A stretch of 60,433 bases of DNA, the filler included, from Sluysia triapertura (Eukaryota): NCBI GenBank assembly GCA_046118255.1. It is 5 parts of 5 records of this genome, joined end to end, with 100 filler letters (N's around TTAATTAATTAA, not from the genome) between each part and the next. Parts side by side here need not be neighbours in the genome. Positions count along the whole stretch, not along the records: positions 12,377 to 23,791 come from JBJNIA010184979.1; positions 23,892 to 37,105 come from JBJNIA010052555.1; 3 more parts are not named here. The stretch is one strand, 5' to 3'. The notes below the pieces were generated by a model. It had not been told where the DNA came from. It worked only from the letters and a program-made list of their open reading frames with translations, and searched no databases. A program made the translations under genes and the position numbers. Shown here piece after piece: positions 12,871 through 25,659 of this stretch (the first letter of the stretch is position 1; the number at the start of each line of letters is the position of its first letter).

Positions 12871-14475
12871 AAAAACGCGACAATAATCCAAACTTTTATG
12901 TATTTATTTTGTTTACCAAAAATATGACAAAGAACAAGAAAAATAGTAACTGCCCACAGAAATTAACATTTTATTGATAAAATTATATTTTTATTGTTTG
13001 TATAGAATTTCTAAATGCTGAACGATAATAAAAACATCGACGATAAATTCTCTATTAACAATTTATTATTTATTCAATTTTTATTAAGAATGCTCATATA
13101 TTAATCGATCGATTGATGAAATTGAATTCAACAATAAAGACTCCATGTTTAACAATAAAAGGCATCAATAATAGCATTAATTCTCGTTACAAAGATATAT
13201 CACATCAAATTCAACAAATAAACAAGAGAAAAAAAATATTATTTTTATGGTCTTATTATTTCATAGTCTTCAAGTTTGCGAAATATAATGCATTATTAAT
13301 AAAGTATTAATGATAACTTATATGCGACTATCAAATGGTTCTTTTAACATTTTCTTTGTTCGTGCGTTAAATTCTTCTATATGTTAGCATTCTTCTTCTT
13401 TACAATGAGATGTGATATCGGTAAAATTATTAATTGGCACATTATATAAAAAGGTATTATGTTTAGAGAAGATATGAAATTTCATTATCGTAATTGTTAT
13501 TAAATTTATTAAGTTACAATGAGAAGTTTGTTTTGTTATGTCAAGATTTTCAATCAAATTGTGTGTAAATAGGTGCTATTCCATATTTACAATTTACATA
13601 CAACATTCGGTGTATTTTAATTGAGATTTAATCTTAATCTTTTTGAATTTATGCAAGTGTGAAATTCACCACAAATGCTAAACGAAATTACGCAATTTGA
13701 GATTGGTTGTAAAACAATTAATGCTGAAGTTTATTTTGTAATAGTTCCATATTTTAAATGTAAACTTTAAAAATAAACATTATTCAAAAAATGTATTTAG
13801 ACATTCCCTGCCTACTTATAATTTACCATTTGTTGCATTTTATTGGTAGTAAAGTGATTCATTAAGAGTCATAAAAATAAAGTAGATTATTGATGATGTG
13901 AGTATAGGAGAATGTAAAAATGTAATGAAACGTGATTGAATGTGTAATATTAATGTTGGGATTTTTAGAGGATGATTTTTGGATTATGACAAACTTGAGG
14001 TAGATCATCCAGAATAAATAATTGTAAAAACGAAAATAGCTATTTGTAAAATTGATTTTACTGATAAGAAAATGGTTTTAATTAATTGCAAATTAATTAC
14101 GACTTTTAAAATCGACTTGGTTTATCATAAACTTGTAAATAATAATATTAGTAATTACGATATATTCAAAAACATTATATATAAATATGATGAAGTTTAA
14201 AATACAAGAAAAAATATTAATAAATAATTATCATTTAAAATCTATTGTAATATATATGTAGTTTGAATTTGAATTATTTATGATAATAATTACAACGTCG
14301 TAGAAACTTTATTGAAACATTCATTTAAAAAATGACATTAGAACAAGTAATCTCTATTGTTATATTAATTATATTTCAACAATTAAAAAGTGTAACGTAG
14401 CTTTATGAAATATTTATTGAAATTTTTACAAGTTATTTATCATAATTTGAATTGATTATAAGTGTAAAATAAAAT

Positions 14476-15246
14476 ATGCATTTATTTACTTTATTATGTT
14501 GGATAACAATAATTATAGAATTAATATGGACATACCAAGATACCAAATTACAATGTTGTTTTAATGCTTTCTTGAATAACAAAGATGTTTTTATTTATAC
14601 AAATCAAAAATGTTTAACTGCGACTGGATCAAATAAAAGTATGATATCAAATAAAGGAATTTATATTGGTAGTAAGAAACAGTTATTATTTCGAATTGTT
14701 TCAGGTAGTGGAATAAATCCATTAAGTATATATCAACAAAATTTCCAAATGAATTATAAAGATGATAAAGGTAATTTTAAAAGTGTCATACTTGAATTGT
14801 GGAATGATGTGAAACCGCAAATGATAATTGTAGAAGCTAAGAGTGATACTGGTATTGTATTAGTAAATATGACTTTTAATATTAATTCAACTGATACAAT
14901 ATTAACATGGTATAATTTGAATAATTTGGTATCTGTTTATCCATATGATATTAATATAATGAAAAGTCAAACTTATAATTATTTTAGTGTCACTGGGCAT
15001 ATTACTGACGATAACAGTACTGCGCAACGAGTATTTTATATTAATAACTTTTATGAAACTGGTGATACTGGATATTTTGTAATATTGCAAATAGTTGATG
15101 TTTGCGCATATTTTTCTCGTACTATAGTACCAAGTATAGTTTATACTCCTTATGGTGGTAGTCATAAATGGAATCAAGATTATAAATCAGCACAATACTT
15201 TGAACTAACTGGAATATATGAAGATAACGTTTATATGTTACCATAA
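14476..15246 (+). CDS. Intact single-exon 256-aa secreted protein with a conserved invertebrate extracellular domain of unknown function
   Basis: Longest ORF in the window, ATG to TAA, with a hydrophobic N-terminal signal peptide and a short PAN/apple-like Cys segment. Motifs LLFR..SG.G, FKS.IL..W, TWY, YFSV.G, R.FYIN..Y...DTGYF, C......P.I.Y resemble a domain I recall from marine invertebrate proteins. Confidence 0.8.
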   Translation: MHLFTLLCWITIIIELIWTYQDTKLQCCFNAFLNNKDVFIYTNQKCLTATGSNKSMISNKGIYIGSKKQLLFRIVSGSGINPLSIYQQNFQMNYKDDKGNFKSVILELWNDVKPQMIIVEAKSDTGIVLVNMTFNINSTDTILTWYNLNNLVSVYPYDINIMKSQTYNYFSVTGHITDDNSTAQRVFYINNFYETGDTGYFVILQIVDVCAYFSRTIVPSIVYTPYGGSHKWNQDYKSAQYFELTGIYEDNVYMLP

Positions 15247-16399
15247 ACAATGTAACATTAATGCACGATAAAATTTCTAGATGTGATTAATAATTTCTTG
15301 TATTAATATAAGAATTAGTATAGCAACGTCTTGTGTTATTTAACAGTCATTTAGCTCTAATAAGTGATCGCCAAATGCAGACACATTTCGAATAATGAGA
15401 TTGGTTGTAGAAAAGAGATTTATCTCATTTATTCGGTGCGTAAAAATAACAGATTTATTTTAAGTCACCAATTCGATTTCAGCAATATTTCATCAGAAAT
15501 ATAAGTCGTACATTGCTTTGCGTATTGTGATATGTTACTACTTAATTTGAAAATATAATTCCCTTTTAATTAACTGACACAGCGAAGGTGCAACTTTTGC
15601 AAAATTTTCATTCGTTTTGCATAAAAACCTGATAATCTTAAAATAGGTTCACCTTATTGGGAATTGTTATATGTATTGCTAATGGATGTAAAAATGCAGA
15701 GTAAGAGGAATTTCATTCATCTTTCGTAAAAATAAATTTTCTTATATTGAGATTTTAATATTTCAAAATTTATATTGTTCATGAAACTTAATTGAATAAT
15801 AATTTTATTAAATAGAAGTAAATTGCATGTTAGTTCCTTAAATGGTTGATCATTTAATAATTTAATGTGCTTAATTTTATATAATATGCATTTCATGAAA
15901 ACTTCAAAATTCGATTTGGAGAACATTTTTAAGTAAGTTAAATCACGTTTAATTAAAGTGAAGTTACTTTGTTTAAAATTAAGATTTAATTTATTAGTAG
16001 AATTTAATTAAAAATTTAACAAAATACCAAACAAAATAAAATTCATAAAATTTATAAAAACAATTATAAACACAGATAATTTTTAAAATATAAAAGCAAA
16101 CATGAAGTAACTCGAGTTTGAACGACAAGGTATCTGAGAAAAGCTGTAACGGTGCTGTTATTGTCTATTTCATTTTCTCTTTGATATCTCCGAGTTATTG
16201 TTGTGGTTTTCTAAAATTTGTAATTTTTAAGTTAAAATTTGACTTTTGAATTAAATTTAATTTAAATATCTTAGTTTCTTAGTTTCATTAAATTTCTATT
16301 TTTGGAATTCATCAATAAAGATCAATGAGTAAAGACACATAAAAATTTATTCGTGAGAATTTTATATTTTATAAATGCAATGTAGTGTATGCCTTTGAT

Positions 16400-16960
16400 T
16401 GAGATCCGCATTTCACTGTCTGAATAAAAATAAAAGAATTTAGTATCATCAAAGAAATGACAGAAATTATTTACTTTTGTTTGTCTGAACATAAATTGTT
16501 ATTTGACGTATCTTAAGCTGACGTTCCGAAACTCTGAGAAGGTTTTCGATTCTGGAAAAATGGTCATCATAGTATAAGTTTTCAGCCTTGGCATTTACTA
16601 ATTGGTGGACATCATGGGAATATTGGAAATAGATCCTGGACTTGATACAAATCCTGTTGTGATCGCTATTGAATAGGCAGAATGTTTTTTTGATAAGTTC
16701 AATCGAATTTGGTGCGTTATCATGCATACCAGTATATGATGATTAGGATGGTGGTGTTTTATGATGAGTAGTACAAGGATTCAGAAGACATTCGGATATT
16801 TAAATGCTGTTGCGCATGATCTCCAGAACTATCATCTTCGTGTAATATTAGTCATTCCCAAATTCAGCGAAGTACTATTCCAAGCCGATCGTTTTATTGT
16901 AATTTTAACTGATATTCAGAGAATATATAATAAACAATTGACACAGTGAATCAATTGCAT
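16400..16960 (-). mobile_element. Ty3/gypsy reverse transcriptase remnant
   Basis: Collinear degenerate RT motifs across frames: GDHAQQHLN (CGDY..LN), SIELIKKTFC (SK.DL..AF), GFVSSPG (FG.SSAP), YYDD, NLLRVSERQL. Confidence 0.55.
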
Positions 16961-17270
16961 CTACAGCTATCGGTTTTAAAAGAATCATTTACGTTTTCAT
17001 CGGATTTTTTTACGCCTATCAATAATGCTTTCGTCCGGATAAAGAGGTTGCCCATTTAACATTAAAATTTCATTGATAATATTGTAGTCATTTAAGTATA
17101 TGAACAATGAAAATGAATTCAGTAATTAAATTTAGTTTTCTCCAAAAAATAATTCAACCAAACAAAAGAATAAGAATACAGACTACAAAAAGAACAGAAA
17201 TCATGCTAACAATAATATAGTTATTATATATTTTAATGCGATGATGTTGTTGATATTGTGATATTATTAT

Positions 17271-17684
17271 TGTGGTGGCCAACTTATTACCTTAAAAAAT
17301 TTTATTAAAAATTTTATTTCAGGTACAATATACACTTTCAAAAAACCCATGAAAACATTTTTACACAATCCTATGTCAATATAACATTCACCCCCAAAAT
17401 CTACAGCTCACAAAAATAATTAATTCTAATTCTTCCGAAACAAATCTTAGTCAGTAATTTAGTTCAAATACATTTTAATCTATTTCAACATGCTAAAACC
17501 TTTCATGAATTTAAGTTAAATCGAATACAGTTTTAAAGAATTCAATTTAATACTCTGAAATAACAACGATAACTCCAGCATAGTACACCTTGTTATCGTT
17601 GCTAATTTACTTTTATCGATTTTTGTCTTTTTAAAAATTAAAGAATAGGAAGATCTTTTTAAAGAAGATTTATGCGTTATTTTA
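17271..17684 (+). mobile_element. Repeat family R1 copy running into a gap
   Basis: Begins TGTGGTGGCCAAC, followed by C-rich sequence matching the reverse complement of about 3700-4143. Confidence 0.55.
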
Positions 17685-18052
17685 NNNNNNNNNNNNNNNN
17701 NNNNNNNNNNNNNNNNNNNNNNNNNNNNNNNNNNNNNNNNNNNNNNNNNNNNNNNNNNNNNNNNNNNNNNNNNNNNNNNNNNNNNNNNNNNNNNNNNNNN
17801 NNNNNNNNNNNNNATCACATAATTAATTATCACCAGTGTTGACACTGCTCGTCAAAATCTTTATTATTGTGTCAATACTGATGATGGTCAATCATCAGCA
17901 ATCGCGTCTTTGTGTGCCATATATAATTTTCTGGCCATCATCCAATCAGGACCGATTTTACTGATTTATCTTTTTTAAAGCCCTGATTGGATGACCAACC
18001 AAACTAAAAATTAAAAATTGAATTATTAAAAAATATCAAAAATTATAATTTT

Positions 18053-19600
18053 ATGACAATGATGAACTTTTCGTTTGAGTTAATGGATTTCAAAGACGCA
18101 AAAAGTACAGTTATTGAAAAGAGACCGTCGTTATCTATAAAAGGTCGAAAAAAAGATTAAAATATGCAACTAAAAAGCCTGACCAAGATACCAATTACGA
18201 TAACTTAACCGACAATGAAGTAGATAAACTATTTGAATTATTTATGCGAAATATAAATATTCCAGTAATATTCCAGAGATAATTTACGTAGGTCTATTAA
18301 AATACAAATGATTCAAACTAATAAAACGATTGCTCAAAATAAAGGAGTTACTCATTGTGTTGAAAATTTAAAACAGAAATGTGAGAATAAAGAAATAAAC
18401 GCCGAATTCTTAGAAGATGCACGAATAATTATTCAGAATTCTACAATAAGTGTAATTAAAGAATTTGACAATGAAACTAATCACGGTGTTACTTTATTAA
18501 TAAAATTAATCGCTTCTATTCATGATAAACCTAATCTTCTGGAAATTAGTATGAAGTACTTGAAGGCATTTGGTAATTTTGGCTATGGTTTATTTACCAT
18601 GATTAAAATTGAGAATGCTTTGACCCATGTCACATTTACACTTTCAGGCACTAGTAACTTGAATGCTCTTGCAACAATGATAGAGATTTTGATGGTTTTT
18701 TTATTTTTATAGCAAAAGTGGTCATCCATATTTATTACAAGCTTTATTTGAAGCAAGCAGCTTGAAAAATCGTGGTCCTTTTGAACCTATTGTTAGAATA
18801 ATTCAAGAGCGTAGTCAAATTTTGAAAGAGAACTTAAATTTATGTTTCTAGTATATTCGTTTTGTCTACATTATCACAAACCCAAAATTTGTCAATCGTG
18901 ATTCTGATTTAGATTATTATTACAGAATGCATTTGAGACGGGAATTCGTTTTGTGTGGATTGGTCAAAGTTCATAATGATATATTACGAAATGTCTACGT
19001 ATCGCATGATATTAAATCGTATATTCAAAATTTTTATCAGGAAATTGAATGTGATGAATCTGAATACACTAGAGATGTTAAAAAATGATTTCAGAATTTG
19101 ATGATCCGATTCAATTGTTCCATCTTCTTAATAGCACTTGAGATTAAATTTGTAGTTATTACATCAATTCCATATTAGAGTCTCTTATGACAATCAAGAT
19201 TGTTCATGCTAGGATTTATTCGTATAAATTAGTAGATGCTAGCGTGACTGATTTAATAACTCAACTATCAGAAGACGAGAATTTCAACTTCGATCTGACT
19301 CATTACGGTTTTTACTGTATCAAATTAAAGGATTTGTATGATTATAAAAAGGACGATGAAATTTTTGATTTAATAGATGAACGAACTCAATTAAATATGA
19401 AATTAAAAGAATTACAAGTTGAAAATGATGTATTGAAAGAATCTTTGAAAGATGTGCCAAAACCTGATACTGCTCTTTCATAAGCTAGAGAAAGTTTGAA
19501 GAATTCTAAGGTTGATCATATTTCAACCAATCCTTCAACAATACGTCAAGCGACGGGAATTACGCGTAATTCAGTTATGTTATGGAAATTAATGCGCATT
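18053..19600 (+). pseudogene. Diaphanous-related formin N-terminal half (GBD/DID-FH3-DD-coiled coil), disrupted, with no FH1/FH2
   Basis: Collinear motifs LTDNEVDKLFELFMRNINIP; FLEDARII.....VIKEF...GVTLLIKL; YLKAFGNFGYGL; GHPYLLQAL...RGPFEPIV; DLDYYYRMHLRREF..CGL; EFDDPIQLFHLL; SILESLMTIK...RIYSYKLVDASVTDL. Several stops and frameshifts, and no polyproline. Confidence 0.8.
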
Positions 19601-20983
19601 TATGAGATATCGTTAATCAATGAAGAAGCATTTCCAGGCCTTATGAGTCACTGCTATCAAAGATCATGAAGTACCAGCGAAGACTACTATTAGCTTACAT
19701 CCTTTTTCTGAACTAGTAAATCTTAAATGTAATAATTCAAATTCAACAAATGATCAATTTGAAAATAGAGAGTCATTGTCAGATTCTTGGCCAACTGCAA
19801 GTAATAGCAGAAATACAGATATTATCAATCCTACTAATATGTTCGTCAAGTCTGTTCCGAGTTTCGTCATTATTATTTATAAATTATATCACGTCTCACA
19901 TAAAAAAGCTGCCAGTGATCTCCAAAACCAAGACAGATATTTATCCACTAACCAAATTTTTTCAATACCAAAAGATCTTGTACTACAAAAGGAAGATCGA
20001 CAATGGTAAAGTTTCTCCAGAATAAAGTCAAGAACAGTCACTATCAAACATTACTGACAGTAAAATTTTATTTTATTAATTTTAATTAAATATTAATTAA
20101 TATTTAATATTAATATTCAATCCCATAGTGTGGCTTGCTGGCATACCTACTGATGCAGTACAGAGATCATCAAAGCTGAAAAAAATTTAAATAAAACTTT
20201 GAAACTTATTAAGCATATTTTTACAATGTTCTACAATTTAATAAATAATAGTTTTTGTGTATTCCGTGAATATTTGATTAATAATGATTCGTACAAAACT
20301 TAAAAATCAAGTTTGGTGAGATAAAAGGCTAATTAATAGGTTATGCTACTTGTAATGACCAAATTTCTAAGTTTAGGCATTGTAATTTAATGAAAGATGA
20401 TAATAATTTTAACTTAATTATATTACAATATAAAAGTACAATATTTAAGACTGTAAATTTTTCCTTTTCATATGAACATAATAATGCTCTAAATCAGTAT
20501 TCTTCATACGAAATCATAAACCCTCTAAAATAATAATAATAATTTTACAACAAATATTTGTTTTGATGTTAAATGTTATTTCCACATCTAGCACTTTTTC
20601 AATTTATAATTCAATTTAAAATTTTTGATTTCTACAGTATTACTAACAAAAAAACCAAACAAATTTATTTTAAAACTACCAAAAAAAATAAAAATGTTAT
20701 TCATTATTTTCAATTGTTGGTGAAAAAATGACTGTCGAAATAATAACCTTGTTCCAATGATATTTAATTCATAATTTTATATGAAAATTTAAATCTAGTA
20801 CAGAAAATAAGTACGAAAAATATGTTTAGCATCATTAAATAAAAAATATAAATTAAAAAATAAGCAGGTTTTTTTCTGGAAACAATTATATAAAAAAATA
20901 ATGATCGAAAATGTACTTCAATTTTTCACGAAATGTATGACAAATAAATGGCAAAATATTAATCCAAAAGAAACATTATTATC

Positions 20984-21208
20984 TTAACGCATTTGTGATA
21001 ATAAAGTTTCCATCATTGCAATGATATTAGAATTGCTCATGTTATTATTTAGACTGTTTTGCATAAACGAATTAATGTCAAAATTGCCTTCAGCTTCATT
21101 AGTACCGAACCAAAAAGCCAAACTCGTAACAATAAACATTAAAAACCGTACTGGTATATTTCGATGATTTTGTTCGACAATCGGTGTATTTGTGGATTTA
21201 TTTTTCAA
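20984..21208 (-). CDS. Possible terminal exon encoding one transmembrane segment
   Basis: 74-codon frame starts right after a good acceptor (TTATTTACAG|), encodes hydrophobic FLMFIVTSLAFWF and ends in TAA. Upstream exons not found. Confidence 0.3.
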   Translation of the reverse strand: MKNKSTNTPIVEQNHRNIPVRFLMFIVTSLAFWFGTNEAEGNFDINSFMQNSLNNNMSNSNIIAMMETLLSQMR

Positions 21209-21585
21209 CTGTAAATAATTAAATCAAATAATATGACTAATCATTTATAAGTATCAAATTTTTCATCTCTTAAAGTATGCGTAGATATTGTCTAACATAG
21301 CAAAAAGAACTTATCGAAATGTACAATTATAAGGTTTATTTGGCTTATTTATTTATCAATTTTATTTCGATCAATGATAAAAAATATCTCAACTCTTTTT
21401 CCGAGTACATAATAGCAGTATAATATGTAGATAAATTATGCAATTACTAATTGATATCAACCAGTAATCCTTACGTAAAAAGACATTGGTAAAATTTACA
21501 CATTCAGAACCTCACTTAGACAAATTAAAAATTATTTGTCATAAAATGTATTACTAATGCATGGACATGCAGAAAATAGCAAATT

Positions 21586-22310
21586 GTAATGTGACTAATA
21601 TATTTTGGCAAACAACTGGACTATGATTTTTATTGATTTATGTTCCTAATTGGTATTTTGTTAATTTATATGTATATTGGCAAACAATTGATTTATATTT
21701 TTGGAAATATTTTATTAATTTATATAATTTAATTTAGTCAGCCATTTAATTTTTATAGCCATCTTAAATTACACATTCATCAGTCAGCCATTTTGGTTAA
21801 TTCTGGTTATCTTATCAGCGCTATTACAATTTGGTATCGAACAACTTCGTCAAAGGATTTAATCATCGGATTTTGGTTCCATGAAAGAGTAAATTATTTT
21901 ATTATTTAGGCGATTTTAATTTCCTAAAATCAAGATCTTAAAATCAATTTTTAGTAAGGAACCCGATATATTGAGGGGAAATTTTACACTTGAATTTAAA
22001 CAGACCATTAGATCGAATATCCCAAAAGGATTTAGATCTCTTTTTATCTTTGATTTTGCCTTTATCTTTTATTTTACATTAGTGTATTTAATTTAATAAA
22101 TTTCAAGAATTTAATTAAGTCTTTATTCATTGTAATATTTTGAGACCATCTTAGCGTGTAAAAGTGATATTTTAAAGTAAGTTAAGTAAGATTTTCCACT
22201 TATAAGTTGCAGAGGTGACAACTACTAGTTGTAAGACGCTTACTGTAGCAGGATTCTGCTCAATTTTTTATTTTACCGTAGGTTTAGCATTAAGAAAAAC
22301 CACAGCAAAT
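21586..22310. repeat. LTR-like repeat family R3
   Basis: Block GTT(G/A)CAGA..TG.CAA...AGTTGTAAGACG.TTACTGTA...GGA..CTGCTCAA...ACCACAGCA is shared with 43083-43153 and partly with 53581-53618. Left boundary is a guess. Confidence 0.5.
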
Positions 22311-23204
22311 TCCTAGACTATTCAATGAATTCTGATACCAAATTTGCTCACAATATTATGAAGATAGCTCAATGTTACATTTCTGTATTATAAAATGTAA
22401 ACAAAAAATAATTTCATATGCATTTTAGATAAATCCAAAACAAAAAAAATAAAAAACCTAAAAACGTCAGGTCAAATTATGGCATAAAAATGTCAATATA
22501 AACGAAAAGTGAATTTTTTGCAATAATGAAATATTTTATCGATGCATTTTATCAAACTATGATTATTTTCCTAAAAATAATTGAGTTAATGGGTTTGGTT
22601 ACAATCCCTTGACTCAAAACGTATCGGAGGTGTATTTGTTACTACAAATTTATAAAATTATTCAATTATATCTTTTTATATTATCTTATATCTTATATTA
22701 TTATATCTTATTATAGTCTATTATATCTTACAACTTGTTCAGTAATTTAATTAATGAGGCTTGAACCTTGACTTTAAAGAAATAAAAATAAGCCAAAAGA
22801 AATTAATATTTTTATATCAAAAACGTAGGTTACAATAAGTAAGAAGTGAATGAGCAATGAAGAAAGATGCATATATTTTAAGAGTAGTTCAGAATTAAAA
22901 TAAAAATATTTAATTTAATTGATTTTATAAATGTACAAAAAATCAACCTTATTAAATCAGCTCAATAAAATTATGTACACGTTTATTACGATTTTAGGGT
23001 TTCTGTAGGAAACCTGAAACTTATACTTATTAATTTACTGAAGGAAATCACTTAAGTCATTCCAAAAAATTAAGAGAAAATTGTGAAATAAATTTCGCGA
23101 AATTAGTATTTGTTTCTCTTTCTCTTATTTCATTATGTTATTTTTATAATTTTTCATTCCTTTATTATTTCATCATTATTATTATTATATTATTATTTAA
23201 TATA

Positions 23205-23302
23205 TTTTAATATATTTAAAATATTTAATATATTTAATATATTTAATATATTATTTAATATATTTAATAAATATATTAATATATTTAATATATTTAATAT
23301 AT
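23205..23302. repeat. AT-only tandem repeat with a ~9-bp unit (ATATTTAAT)
   Basis: Direct tandem units; gives a spurious FNIFNI ORF. Confidence 0.85.
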
Positions 23303-25659
23303 GTGTTGCAACCTAACACAAAGGATTATTGTAATTTATATCAGATATTGATAGGAAATAGTATTAGACTATACCCTGATGCAGGTATTCTATACAAAAA
23401 AATAAAAACTAAATACTAATTGATTATTTTTGGAAAACATTTATTTTATGATTTTTCTGTGATCTTCATTTACATCGCATAAATAATCGAATTTGGAATA
23501 ATTTTCTATTAATGTTAATCAATTTATATTAATGCCATACTTAAACTCGCATAGTAAAATGCGATACAGAAACCTAATTTTATATTTACAAAGTTTATTT
23601 CTGTACAATGTTTGGTTTTATACAAGTTTCAGATTCCCTCTAAGAAATAGTAGTAAAACATTAAATTATATACATTTGTAAGTAAATAAAACTTTAGTCA
23701 TTTAAAAATAATTTCATTTCTAATTTAAAATAATTTTATTTTTATTTCCAATTTAAATTAACAATAATAATAATAAGAAAAAATAATAAAANNNNNNNNN
23801 NNNNNNNNNNNNNNNNNNNNNNNNNNNNNNNNNNNTTAATTAATTAANNNNNNNNNNNNNNNNNNNNNNNNNNNNNNNNNNNNNNNNNNNNTATATATAT
23901 ATATAAGAAATTATGTTAAAGAACGCACAACATTAAGACAGAAAGTTTTTAAAAAATATTTTAAAAGTGCTCTATCAGCGATTTTGACCAGAAAAGTTTA
24001 TCTTGACGAAAGAAAAAAGAACAGACATACTATTACAGCACCATTTTGGACGACTACACCAGAAGGATTATTCTAAAGGAAATAAATCGGTTACATTATC
24101 ACGAAACTATCATTACAGACTTTGGATACAATATTATATTGGATATTTGGAAACATTATTATTGTCAAAATTCAAAAGTAACAAAGTAAGATAATATTTC
24201 CAGGATTGCTTCAATAATTTTAGCTTTAAATTTAATACTTAAAATCATCAATTTGTTCAAAGCCCAAGTATTAGGCCTTGGTTAAAATCTTAATAAAATA
24301 GAAGTTCATTCTTTTTGTTTAATTTATTATTGTTATTATATTTATTTTATTATATTTTGCTTACGTTTTATAGTAAATCTTTGTTTTTAATTAGTTATTG
24401 ATGATAATTAAAAATTTTGCATTAATCAGTTATTAAGAAATAATTAAGAGTTTAATTGATTAATGAAATTAATTTTAACTAAACGATAAGTCTTTACAAA
24501 AATTAAAAAACATAAATTAAGTATAAACGCATAAGAATACAAGTAAGAGACACATTGCATATGATTTATTCGCTTTTTAAGATTAAGGCAACGTCTTAAG
24601 TGGCAATTTTCTGTGATACGTCTACTTCACGTATACCACCAACGCTCCCTAGTTAACTATAATTGTTAAGTTAATAAACAAGAGAAAAAACTAACAACAA
24701 TAATAAGTACAATTCCCGACTTCCTAGCAATTATTAAAATAATATAAAAAGAACCGCACAAAGAAAATTATTATAACAGTTAATACTTTTGGTGTAAGAA
24801 TGCTGATTCAATACAGTAGTGGCCAGGACTGATTGAATCTTACAAATCTTTAGAAATCGGACTAAATTTTATCTTTAAGCCAACTTATTTGTGGTTACTT
24901 GGGTTTTTACTATTTATTTATTGAATATTAGGTACTAACATTTGTTGCGTATTATAATTGAATTTTATTTTATTGAATAATTAATTATTATTGACTTAAT
25001 CATTATTTGATTGTTAAAAACTTTGTAAAAATAGTAATACCGATATGAAAATAAATGTGATAAATAAATAAAAATGACACCGATAATAATTATTTAACAG
25101 AGTAGGAGAGGTCTTTACTAAACTTAGCTTTAAAAATACAAAAATACTAAATTTGTACATTAGTTTAAATATTGCCTGACTACTCAGTTTCTCGGGTAAT
25201 GCATACAATATTCTTTGTCAATCAATAGTGCAGAACACCTACCATCTCAAAGTTGTGATTTAAATAAATAATTACTTTACTTTACTCCCACTCAAATTCA
25301 ATAATTTCATTTATAACTACACAAGTATAATATGCACGCGCATTTCATCTAATCTCACATTAAATTATGTATATGGTAACAGCACTGTATCATTTGTTCA
25401 TATGCCTACATATTCGAAATTTATGAAAATATATTTTATCCAATACTTGCATTGCAACAGAAACCACTACATATACGTGACTAATATTTATCTAAATTGT
25501 TTTAATTTCAATTCCTTGATTAACTATTATTGTGCGTCAGTATTATAAAATGCAGTATTAATTTTAGTACTATTAATGCATTCAAATAATCAATAATAAC
25601 TTATCACTAAATGAAAATGACGCATACAAATTAAGTTTATATGTATTTACGTATGCAAA

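Noticed and set aside
14902-15177. Antisense ORFs (also 43389-43763, 54578-55025, 55487-55907)
   Set aside because: Shadow frames of a better-supported opposite-strand gene or LINE.
23110-23316. Hydrophobic short ORFs (also 1224, 4038, 12404, 25014, 34936, 44507, 45403)
   Set aside because: F/I/L/Y/N-rich products are expected from AT-rich low-complexity DNA; no recognisable motifs.
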